Assembly: GCA_963589425.1 (NCBI GenBank)
Contig: CAVAKZ010000003.1
Span: 10,839-74,838 of the forward strand
DNA: 64,000 bases
Direction: 5' to 3'
From: Parabacteroides distasonis
Lineage (GTDB): Bacteria; Bacillota; Clostridia; Lachnospirales; Lachnospiraceae
The position numbers and the translations under genes are program-made. This document shows, one piece after another, positions 19,301-26,627 of the stretch; position 1 is the stretch's first letter; every line of letters begins with the position of its first letter. The notes beneath the pieces are model-generated. The model was not told the origin of the DNA. It worked only from the letters and a program-made list of their open reading frames with translations, and did not search any database.

Positions 19301-19372
19301 GGCGTAATAGATGTGTAGATGGAAGCGTAGATAGATGTGTATATAGATACGTAGATAGAAGCATATGTAAAT
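19301..19372. repeat. Degenerate 12-nt tandem repeat (about 6 units) in the jetA-jetB spacer
   Basis: Units are gcgtaatagatg, tgtagatggaag, cgtagatagatg, tgtatatagata, cgtagatagaag and catatgtaaatg. Consensus is YGTAGATAGAWG. Confidence 0.85.
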
Positions 19373-19393
19373 GCGTAAAAAAGGAGCATATAT

Positions 19394-20026
19394 ATGATGG
19401 AATATATAGAAAGTTTGTCCTTATCTGAGGCAGACAATCTGAAAAAAACCATAGGACGGTTATTTAGGCAAACCTGCATTTTGCAAATGCGCTATGATCC
19501 TGAGACCTTAATTCCCAAGGATAATCCGGACTATGAAACCTGTGTGAGGCATAAGGAGTTTATAGAAGATTACCTGTCCGTACTAGGTTGTGAACTGATC
19601 CATGATCCTCAGGAGCATATTTTTCTCCTAAAAGGGGAGGGAGTGGAACTTGAAAAACTAAGTCTTACCACCACCATTATTTTATTGATCGTAAGAATTC
19701 TTTATAGGGATAAAATTCTTGGGGCAGGGCTGGAGGCCACGGTTACCAATCTGAAAGAAATTAGAAGTTATGGAAGAAATACTGGCCTGCTAAATCGAAA
19801 ACTAACTACAGCAGAGTGGAGAGATGCCCTCTATCTAATGAATCGTCACCAGATTATTGAAGTGCCTGGAGCCGTTAAGGATGTGGAGGATGAGACCCCC
19901 ATTTACCTTTATAGCACCATTAATCTGTATATTAGAAATTCGGACATTGGGGAGCTTATAGAGGAGTATAAGGAGGATGCGGTAAATGAGACAATCGAAG
20001 AAAGTCTTTACCCGGATGGTGATTAA
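19394..20026 (+). CDS. jetB: JetB/MksE-like (DUF4194-like) subunit
   Basis: 210 aa. 'FIEDYLSVLGCELIHDPQEHIFLLKGEG' resembles the conserved DUF4194 segment (x-Y-F-x-x-x-G-L-E-L-x-x-D-x-x-x-G-x-x-F-L). It is followed by a hydrophobic helix and overlaps the next gene by 41 nt. Confidence 0.6.
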   Translation: MMEYIESLSLSEADNLKKTIGRLFRQTCILQMRYDPETLIPKDNPDYETCVRHKEFIEDYLSVLGCELIHDPQEHIFLLKGEGVELEKLSLTTTIILLIVRILYRDKILGAGLEATVTNLKEIRSYGRNTGLLNRKLTTAEWRDALYLMNRHQIIEVPGAVKDVEDETPIYLYSTINLYIRNSDIGELIEEYKEDAVNETIEESLYPDGD

Positions 20027-23000
20027 TAACTGGGGAGGAATTAGTCATAAGCTCATGGAATTTCATGAGTACGTGAACCTTTTCAGTGGCAAGAGTGGTT
20101 CGGGAAAGTCCACGGTTATGGATGCCTTGCAGGTGGTTTTGTATGGAAGTACCAAGGCCACCTTTTTAAATAAAGCGGCAGATGATGCCAAGAACAGACG
20201 AAGCGTCTTTAGTTATCTTAGGGGAGCCCAGAAGGATGGCAGTGCCAACCGTCAGGGCATGGACTTTTGTTCCCAACTGGTCCTGGAAATTTGGGATACA
20301 GGAAGTGACACCTATACCTGTATCGGAGTCACCTTTCAGGTAGGAAAGCAGGACAGGGAACTTTCCGATGCCAAATATTCTTTCTTTAGCCACTCCGGAA
20401 AGATCCCGGAAGATGAATATCTAGATGTTAACGGAAGACCATATACTCTGGCAAACATCCAAAAGCTTATTAAAGAGCGGGGAAATTCTCTGGATAATAA
20501 AGGTCGGGGCGAGGTGAACAAGGTCTATCTTACCAACAGAGATTACCTGGGCACTCTCTATGAGCTGGTCTTAGGTCATATGGATCCCGGCCGCTTTATC
20601 ACTATGGAAAAAAGTGCGATTGCTCTTCGCATGAGCAACGGTACCGGTCAGTTTATTAAAGATTACATGTTTCCAAGAAGCAAGGAAGATACCGTCTCTA
20701 CCATCAGTGATCAGTTGGGAGCCTACCGGGAGATTAAGGAGAAGGTGGAAGATTTAGAGCACAGAATCGACCTTCTTTCGGAGGTAAAGCTTGAAAACCA
20801 AGCCCTTATGGAAGCCCAGGCAGACAAGCTTCGGACAGAAGCCCTTCTGCGGATTCTTGATATAGAAGGAACTAAGGCAAGGCTTGCAAGTAAGAAGGGG
20901 CAGAGAGAAAGCATTTTGGATAAGATTGCAGAACTGGAAAAAAAGCAGGAAATTTTGGACCAGGAGAAAAATGCTAAATCTGAGGACCTGATCGAGGTGA
21001 AGGCGGAACTGCAATCCAGTGATTTTGGTGCTAAGAAAAAGGAATTGGAAAATTTAGAGCGCACCATTTCCCAGGCCAAGATTAATGCCGGCCAGTGGAA
21101 GGAGATTTTGGAAGGCCTTGAAAAATGGACCACTGATGAGGAGATAGGCGGCTATATAAGCAATCCAACTCTTCAGGCTATGGAAGATTTGCTTGAGGGC
21201 CAGGTTACAGAAGAAGCTATTGATAAAATTAAAAAAGGCCTTGCCCTTGCCATGGAAAGTATTGAGGAAGAACTTTCGGATTTAGGAGTAAATATTCGGG
21301 AAAAGACCAAAGACTTAAAGGAAAAGAAGGAGATGGTGGAAGATCTAAAAAACGATCGAAAGCCATACAAAAAAGAATTAAAAAGCGCCAGGGTAGAGCT
21401 TCAAAGAGAGCTGTCTAACCGCTATGGCCGCAGCATACCGGTGCACATTTTTGGAGATCTTTTTGATATTACCGATGAGAAGTGGAAGAATGCCATTGAG
21501 GGGCGATTAGGAAGATTAAAGCATAGTCTTATTACAGAACCTAGATATGCCTTAGATGCAGCAGGGGTCTTTCGCTCTATGAAGCGGCGGGAGTATGAAG
21601 AAATTGACCTTATTAACACGGCGGCTATTTTAAGAGAACAGCCAGAGGCTAATGAAGGGACTCTTTATGAGGCGGTAAGCACCAAGGAAGCCTATGTGGA
21701 CCAGTGCCTAAAACGTTATCTTGGAAGAATAAAAAAATGCGACAGCATAGAGGACCTTCATGAGGTCAGGGAAGGCGTTACCGCAGATTGTTATTCCTAC
21801 AGTAATTATATTTTCAGGCACCTAAGGGAAGTGGATTATACCCGTTATGCCTGCATTGGCACCAGGGTTTCCAGGGGAAAGCTTCAGGAAGTAGAAGACG
21901 AGATTATGGACCTTGAGACTAGCCTTCTTTCGGACAACCAAGGCAAAGCCCTTTTAAGCGGTGCAAAAAAAATGGAACAGCTACGGCAAAGCACCAAGAC
22001 TCTCTTGGAACTGGCATCTGCATCAGAGTCTCTGGATGAATACTTAAAGCAGGAGGAAAAAATCAAGGCAGAGATAAAAGAACTCCAGGAGGGAGTAAGA
22101 ACCAAAGAGCTTCATAAGAAGCGGGAAAAATTAGAAGGAGAGCTTTCCCGTCTTGGAGGAGACATAAATAAAGTGCAGAGAAGCCTAGTTAGGGAATCTG
22201 AAAATAAGGGTCGGGTGGAAAAAGAAGAAAGAGAATTAAAGGATCGCCTAGCCTACCTAAAGGAAGGTCAGGCAGAAAATCCAGAGCTTCAAAAAGAAGT
22301 GGAAGAGAGCCTAAAAAATCTTAATGAACAGACCTACCGAGCTGGGTTAAACAAAAAACTGGAGACCCTATCTAAGAAGGAAGAGACTGCCTTAGAAAAA
22401 CGAAACACAGCCAGAATTCATTTTAACAATGAATACCCAAGTTACGGTTACAGCGGCTTAGAGCATGATAACGTCAGATATGATAAGCTCCTTTCCCAGT
22501 ATCAAAAAGACTTTGAGCCCCAGTATAAGGAGGAGTTTGAAAAGCAATATAAGCTGGTCTATCACTCTCTTAGGGAAAATGTCATTGCCACTATTCACGG
22601 GGAGATTAAGGCAGCCTACCGCCATAGAAAAGAAATTAATCGGATGCTGTCGAAAATTCGATTCTCCGACAGTACCTATCAGATTGATATTTTGCCGGCA
22701 GAAAATGAAAACGGCCAGTTCTACGACATGTTAATGGCGGAGGAGTTAGACAGTAAGGTCTTGGACGATGATGGATTTGAAGGCCAGCTTAGTTTAGGAG
22801 AAGATCTTTTCTATCAAAAATATGAAAAACAGATTGGTCTTTTAACAGAAAAATTCATGCCTCCAAGGGAGGAAGATGGAGAGAGACGAAGGCTCCACAA
22901 AGAAGAAATGGAGAAATATGCGGACTATCGAAATTATTTGACCTTCAGCATGTATGAGCGGGTGGAAGATGAATTTGGAAATGTAAAGAAAAATTCTGTA

Positions 23001-23345
23001 GACGATATGGCAGGCAGAGATTCCGGAGGAGAGGGACAAAATCCAAAATACGTGGCCCTATTGGCAGGCTTTGCCATGTTATACATGAACCAGGGCAGTG
23101 GAGATTCCAAGATCCGACTAGTGCTTTTAGATGAAGCCTTTTCTAAAATGGACAAGGAGCGAAGTGAGGTGTGTCTAAGATATGCCAGAGAATTGGACTT
23201 GCAGCTTATTGTATGTGTGCCGGATGAGCGTTTGCAATCCTTGATTCGAAATGTCGACAGTGTCTATGGATTCCGCCGTCATAAGAACCAGATTTCCATG
23301 ATGCATATTGACAAGGGCAGCTATCTGGAGATGATGGAGGGATAA
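19986..23345 (+). CDS. jetC: JetC/MksB-like SMC-family ATPase
   Basis: N-terminal 'VINNWGG...LFSGKSGSGKSTVMDAL' (P-loop head). About 700 aa of K/E/L-rich coiled coil with a central non-coil hinge-like segment. C-terminal 'SGGEGQ' signature-like motif and 'LVLLDEAFSKMD' Walker B. SD aggagg lies 7 nt upstream of ATG 19986. Confidence 0.75.
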   Translation: MRQSKKVFTRMVINNWGGISHKLMEFHEYVNLFSGKSGSGKSTVMDALQVVLYGSTKATFLNKAADDAKNRRSVFSYLRGAQKDGSANRQGMDFCSQLVLEIWDTGSDTYTCIGVTFQVGKQDRELSDAKYSFFSHSGKIPEDEYLDVNGRPYTLANIQKLIKERGNSLDNKGRGEVNKVYLTNRDYLGTLYELVLGHMDPGRFITMEKSAIALRMSNGTGQFIKDYMFPRSKEDTVSTISDQLGAYREIKEKVEDLEHRIDLLSEVKLENQALMEAQADKLRTEALLRILDIEGTKARLASKKGQRESILDKIAELEKKQEILDQEKNAKSEDLIEVKAELQSSDFGAKKKELENLERTISQAKINAGQWKEILEGLEKWTTDEEIGGYISNPTLQAMEDLLEGQVTEEAIDKIKKGLALAMESIEEELSDLGVNIREKTKDLKEKKEMVEDLKNDRKPYKKELKSARVELQRELSNRYGRSIPVHIFGDLFDITDEKWKNAIEGRLGRLKHSLITEPRYALDAAGVFRSMKRREYEEIDLINTAAILREQPEANEGTLYEAVSTKEAYVDQCLKRYLGRIKKCDSIEDLHEVREGVTADCYSYSNYIFRHLREVDYTRYACIGTRVSRGKLQEVEDEIMDLETSLLSDNQGKALLSGAKKMEQLRQSTKTLLELASASESLDEYLKQEEKIKAEIKELQEGVRTKELHKKREKLEGELSRLGGDINKVQRSLVRESENKGRVEKEERELKDRLAYLKEGQAENPELQKEVEESLKNLNEQTYRAGLNKKLETLSKKEETALEKRNTARIHFNNEYPSYGYSGLEHDNVRYDKLLSQYQKDFEPQYKEEFEKQYKLVYHSLRENVIATIHGEIKAAYRHRKEINRMLSKIRFSDSTYQIDILPAENENGQFYDMLMAEELDSKVLDDDGFEGQLSLGEDLFYQKYEKQIGLLTEKFMPPREEDGERRRLHKEEMEKYADYRNYLTFSMYERVEDEFGNVKKNSVDDMAGRDSGGEGQNPKYVALLAGFAMLYMNQGSGDSKIRLVLLDEAFSKMDKERSEVCLRYARELDLQLIVCVPDERLQSLIRNVDSVYGFRRHKNQISMMHIDKGSYLEMMEG

Positions 23346-23406
23346 AAAGCCCCCTGGTTTTTGGGACTTTCCTACAAAAGAAAAAATAGAATTGAGAGAA
23401 AGCTTG

Positions 23407-23435
23407 TTGAAATATTCTGAATGAATATCTATAAT
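23407..23435 (+). promoter_or_regulatory. Candidate sigma-A promoter for the parA-like unit
   Basis: TTGAAA, 17-nt spacer, TATAAT. tgaatgaa occurs twice (about 23418 and 23445) around it. Confidence 0.5.
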
Positions 23436-23471
23436 GGAGATAGTTGAATGAACAAAGCAAGGAGGTATCCC

Positions 23472-24263
23472 ATGGGAAAGACCATCACCATGTGTTTTAC
23501 CAACAATAAAGGAGGAAGCGGTAAGTCCACTACCTGTTCTAATTTAGGAGCAGCCCTAGCAAGAGCCGGAAAGAAAGTGCTCTTGGTGGACGGGGATATG
23601 CAGTTGAATCTTTCTCTATCATTTTTTCCTCAGGACTGGGTCTTAGAGCAGGCAGCAGGCGAGAAGAACCTCTACCGGGCTATTGGAAAGCAGGCAGATC
23701 TTACCGGCTATATTGTACATACCCCTTATGAGAATCTGGATCTGATTCCCTCTTCTACCCTAATGAGTTCCATTGAGTACGAGCTATTTACCAAGTGGCA
23801 GAGAGAATTCATTTTGAGAAAATGTTTAAAAAAGGTGAAAGAATCAGGCGCCTATGATTATATTCTCATTGATGCACCGCCAACCCTAGGAGGATGGGTG
23901 ATGAACATCCTATGTGCTTCCGACAAGGTCTTGATTCCGGTGGAGGCAAGTCCCTGGGGCATGTTTGGTTTGGCCAATATGGTTGATTTTCTCAATGAGG
24001 TGCAGCAGATTTCCCCAGACTTATCAGTGGCAGGAATCGTGGTAACCAAGGCAGACACTAGGAAGAATTATTTTAAACAGACTTTGGAAACATTACATGA
24101 TTTGGAAGATATTTACGTATTTGATTCCATTATTCGAGTAGACAGCTCTGTGGAATGGGCCCAGGACAACAGCGCTCCCGTAGTGGAATACAAAAAATCC
24201 AGCAGAAGTGCAAAGGAATACATAAGTTTAGCAGAGGAGGTAATGGAACATGTCGGTAGGTAA
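23472..24263 (+). CDS. ParA/Soj-family ATPase
   Basis: Deviant Walker A 'NNKGGSGKST', plus 'LLVDGDMQ' and 'YILIDAPP'. Start at ATG 23472 with SD aaggagg. Confidence 0.88.
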   Translation: MGKTITMCFTNNKGGSGKSTTCSNLGAALARAGKKVLLVDGDMQLNLSLSFFPQDWVLEQAAGEKNLYRAIGKQADLTGYIVHTPYENLDLIPSSTLMSSIEYELFTKWQREFILRKCLKKVKESGAYDYILIDAPPTLGGWVMNILCASDKVLIPVEASPWGMFGLANMVDFLNEVQQISPDLSVAGIVVTKADTRKNYFKQTLETLHDLEDIYVFDSIIRVDSSVEWAQDNSAPVVEYKKSSRSAKEYISLAEEVMEHVGR

Positions 24264-24504
24264 GGATAGCTTAAAGAGGGCAGCCAGCGCAACAGCTGCG
24301 AAAGAAACAAAGACGACGGCTACAAAAACAGCCGGTAAAAAGCCGGTAGCCAAGAAGGCAGAGACTAAGCTTGAGAATCAATCAGAGAATAAAGAGGTAA
24401 CAGCAGTGGTGAATACCGGAACCAGCAAGGAAGTAAAGGACATGTTTGTGCCGGAGGAGAGAGTCAGCCATGTAAGGGAAGAACTTCCGGTATATTTGTT
24501 GTAG
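24250..24504 (+). CDS. 84-aa Lys/Ala/Thr-rich, probably disordered protein (candidate ParA partner)
   Basis: SD gaggagg lies upstream and the start overlaps the parA stop by 14 nt. The N-terminus 'SLKRAASATAAKETKTTATKTAGKKPVAKKAETK' is basic and low complexity. The C-terminus is 'VSHVREELPVYLL'. No recognisable DNA-binding fold. Confidence 0.55.
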   Translation: MSVGKDSLKRAASATAAKETKTTATKTAGKKPVAKKAETKLENQSENKEVTAVVNTGTSKEVKDMFVPEERVSHVREELPVYLL

Positions 24505-24563
24505 TTAAATTGTTTTGGAAGCTTAAATGTTTTATAAGAAAAACCACAAAAAGGAGAACTTAT

Positions 24564-25247
24564 ATGAAATACGAAATTAAAGGCGACACATTACCTGTAG
24601 TTATCTGTCAGTTAGAAGACGGAGAGAAGATCATTACAGAAGGAGGCGGCATGTCCTGGATGTCTCCCAACATGGTAATGGAGACTACTACCAACGGTGG
24701 CATTGGCAAGGCATTTGGAAGAATGTTCTCCGGAGAGAAGATGTTCCAGAATGTATATACAGCAACTAATGGAAATGGAATGATTGCATTTGCATCTTGC
24801 TTCCCCGGAGTCATCAAGGCTTTTGATATTGCTCCCGGAAGAGAGATCATCCTTCAGAAAAAAGGCTATTTGGCAGGAGAGCCAGGTGTAAGTCTTTCTG
24901 TACATTTTAATAAGAAAATCAGTTCCGGATTCTTCGGTGGTGAGGGATTTGTTTTGCAGAAGGTTAGCGGACAGGGACTGGTTTTTGCAGAGTTTGATGG
25001 GCATGTGGAGGAATATAATCTTCAGCCCGGCCAGCAGATTGTGGTGGATACGGGACATCTTGCAGCTATGGATGCTACTTGCCAGATGGAGATCCAGACA
25101 GTTCCTGGGGTAAAGAATATCCTGTTTGGAGGCGAGGGTCTCTTTAATACAGTGATTTCAGGACCGGGCAGGGTATGGCTTCAGACAATGCCGCTTCAGA
25201 ATCTGGCAGCAGAGATCAGTAACTATATTCCTCAGAAGTCAAATTAA
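24564..25247 (+). CDS. AIM24 / TIGR00266-family protein
   Basis: 'MKYEIKGDTLPVVICQLEDGEKIITEGGGMSWM', 'FGGEGFVLQKVSGQGLVF' and 'GGEGLFNTVISGPGRVWLQ' fit the repeated GGEG pattern of this family. Start at ATG 24564 with SD aaaggag. Confidence 0.8.
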   Translation: MKYEIKGDTLPVVICQLEDGEKIITEGGGMSWMSPNMVMETTTNGGIGKAFGRMFSGEKMFQNVYTATNGNGMIAFASCFPGVIKAFDIAPGREIILQKKGYLAGEPGVSLSVHFNKKISSGFFGGEGFVLQKVSGQGLVFAEFDGHVEEYNLQPGQQIVVDTGHLAAMDATCQMEIQTVPGVKNILFGGEGLFNTVISGPGRVWLQTMPLQNLAAEISNYIPQKSN

Positions 25248-25269
25248 TTGCTTGATTGCGAATTATTTA

Positions 25270-25306
25270 GAAAGGGGTGGCAGCTTTTGCTTCCCCTTTC
25301 TTTGCT
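25270..25306 (+). terminator. Rho-independent terminator after the AIM24-family gene
   Basis: gaaagggg (25270-25277) pairs with cccctttc (25293-25300), followed by tttgctt. Confidence 0.6.
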
Positions 25307-25324
25307 TATTAACCTATATATAAC

Positions 25325-25353
25325 TTGAATATTAAGGGGCTTCTGGATATAAT
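25325..25353 (+). promoter_or_regulatory. Candidate sigma-A promoter for the peptide/sigma/exporter operon
   Basis: TTGAAT, 17-nt spacer, TATAAT, located 37 nt upstream of ATG 25390. Confidence 0.5.
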
Positions 25354-25389
25354 AAGGAGAAAAGCAAAAGTTAGAAAGGGGTGCGGATT

Positions 25390-25608
25390 ATGAGTGGAAA
25401 ATTACAACAATTATTTGATTTACAGCATTTTGCAGAGAATAAGAAATTGCAGTCCTTAATCGATGATACCATGAGCAGATATGGAGCTGGATCCACAGGA
25501 AGAATGGAGCTTGAGGAAGATGATCTTGATATGCTTTTTGCGGCAGGAGATTCCCATATGGTTGGCAGAGGCAGCAATTTATTTGGAAAAGATGAGGAGA
25601 GTATATAA
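25390..25608 (+). CDS. 72-aa peptide with a double-glycine-type leader-like segment (candidate exported peptide precursor)
   Basis: SD gaaagggg lies upstream. 'MELEEDDLDMLFAAG|DSHM' resembles the L-x-x-x-E-L-x-x-[IVL]-x-G-[GA] leader end cleaved by C39 exporters. The N-terminus 'MSGKLQQLFDLQHFAENKKLQSLI' is loosely Nif11-leader-like. The stop TAA shares one nt with the sigma gene ATG. Confidence 0.5.
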   Translation: MSGKLQQLFDLQHFAENKKLQSLIDDTMSRYGAGSTGRMELEEDDLDMLFAAGDSHMVGRGSNLFGKDEESI

Positions 25609-26120
25609 TGCAGACAGTTACTGCGGAGACTATTTACAGAGATTACTATAAAAAGATTTGTGGATTTGTATATAAGAAAGTAGGAGACTCCAATGCGGCG
25701 GAGGATCTGGTGTCGGATATTTTTTTAAAGATCACAGCCAATATTGATCGGTTTGACCCGGAGAAGGCAGCGGTTTCTACTTGGGTATATACTATAGCCA
25801 ACAACACAGTGCTGGATTATTATCGTACCCGGAAGGTTCACGGACAGCTTCCGGAGGACAATGGAGAGAACGGAGCCTTGCCGGATAGTTTGGTAGAGTC
25901 TAAGGGCTTGGATGCAGGTCTTTTGGAGGAAGAACAACTGGAGGAACTGGCAGATGCCTTAGCAAAACTGCCTGAGCGGTCCAGAGATATTATTATACTT
26001 CATTACTATGGGAATATGACCTTGAAGGAAGTTGCCTTTAAGATGGGAATGTCCTATGCCAATATTAAGATTGTGCACAAGAAGGCTATCCAGGAATTAA
26101 AAAGGCTAATGACAGAATAA
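25608..26120 (+). CDS. ECF-like sigma-70 family RNA polymerase sigma factor
   Basis: Region 2 'AEDLVSDIFLKI...FDPEKAAVSTWVYTIANNTVLDYYR'. Region 4 HTH 'IIILHYYGNMTLKEVAFKMGMSYANIKIVHKKAIQELK'. Length is 170 aa. Confidence 0.88.
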   Translation: MQTVTAETIYRDYYKKICGFVYKKVGDSNAAEDLVSDIFLKITANIDRFDPEKAAVSTWVYTIANNTVLDYYRTRKVHGQLPEDNGENGALPDSLVESKGLDAGLLEEEQLEELADALAKLPERSRDIIILHYYGNMTLKEVAFKMGMSYANIKIVHKKAIQELKRLMTE

Positions 26121-26132
26121 GAGGTATTTCGT

Positions 26133-26618
26133 ATGTCGGAAGAAAAAGGGACATCTTTGTTTCGTAAAAAAAGCGAGGAATATATTGATTCCCCGGAGAA
26201 ACTTGACCACTATCTTCACGTTACGAATCCAGGGATATGGGCACTGCTTTTGGCAGTGCTCCTGTTGTTCATAGGATTTGTTGCATGGAGTTTTATGGCA
26301 AGATTGGAAACCCATGTGGCAGTGGCGGTGGTTTCGGAAAATGATACTTGTACGGCCTATGTGCCGGCCAAGGCCTTGGATGCAGTGGTGAAGGCCAGAA
26401 CCGTGACCCTTAATGATCGGGAGTATTCTTTATCTCCTGATTCTCCAAAACCGGAGACGGTTACAGATGAAACCAATATTTATATTCGTCTGGCAGCAGA
26501 CTTGTCCATAGGGGATGTGGTATATGCGATCCCTATGGATGGAGATTTGAAAAATGGAGTCTACAGTGGAGTAGTTGCTACGGAGACCTTGTCTCCCATT
26601 TCCTTGCTGTTAGATTAA
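26133..26618 (+). CDS. Short single-TM HlyD-like accessory protein (NHLM-type secretion protein N-terminus, truncated form)
   Basis: 'LFRKKSEEYIDSPEKLDHYLHVTNPGIWALLLAVLLLFIGF' matches the typical N-terminus and TM of bacteriocin-exporter HlyD partners. At only 161 aa it lacks the long coiled-coil hairpin. Confidence 0.55.
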   Translation: MSEEKGTSLFRKKSEEYIDSPEKLDHYLHVTNPGIWALLLAVLLLFIGFVAWSFMARLETHVAVAVVSENDTCTAYVPAKALDAVVKARTVTLNDREYSLSPDSPKPETVTDETNIYIRLAADLSIGDVVYAIPMDGDLKNGVYSGVVATETLSPISLLLD

Positions 26619-26627
26619 AGAGGGCCC

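Noticed and set aside
19165-19479. 104-aa minus-strand ORF with SIYASIYTSIY repeats
   Set aside because: It is a translation of the 12-nt tandem repeat in the jetA-jetB spacer. It overlaps the ends of both flanking genes and shows no translation signals.
20166-23460. Many 61-136-aa antisense or alternative-frame ORFs within jetC
   Set aside because: They are shadow ORFs of a long coiled-coil gene (Ser/Phe/Leu/Arg-rich). None has an SD or extends beyond the jetC frame.
23448-24563. Longer N-terminal extensions of the ParA-like (23448) and AIM24 (24510) ORFs, and similar extensions at 153, 854, 3550, 9830, 33155, 45390, 47380, 49182, 57107 and 60852
   Set aside because: In each case an internal ATG is preceded by a well-spaced SD and gives the conserved family N-terminus. 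The upstream extension has no SD and often overlaps the preceding gene or a terminator.
23346-25247. Search for a jetD (Toprim/DUF2220-like, ~400 aa) gene downstream of jetC
   Set aside because: The only ORFs are ParA-like (263 aa), an 84-aa basic protein and an AIM24-family protein. None has Toprim-like acidic motifs or a suitable length, so jetD is reported as absent from this window.
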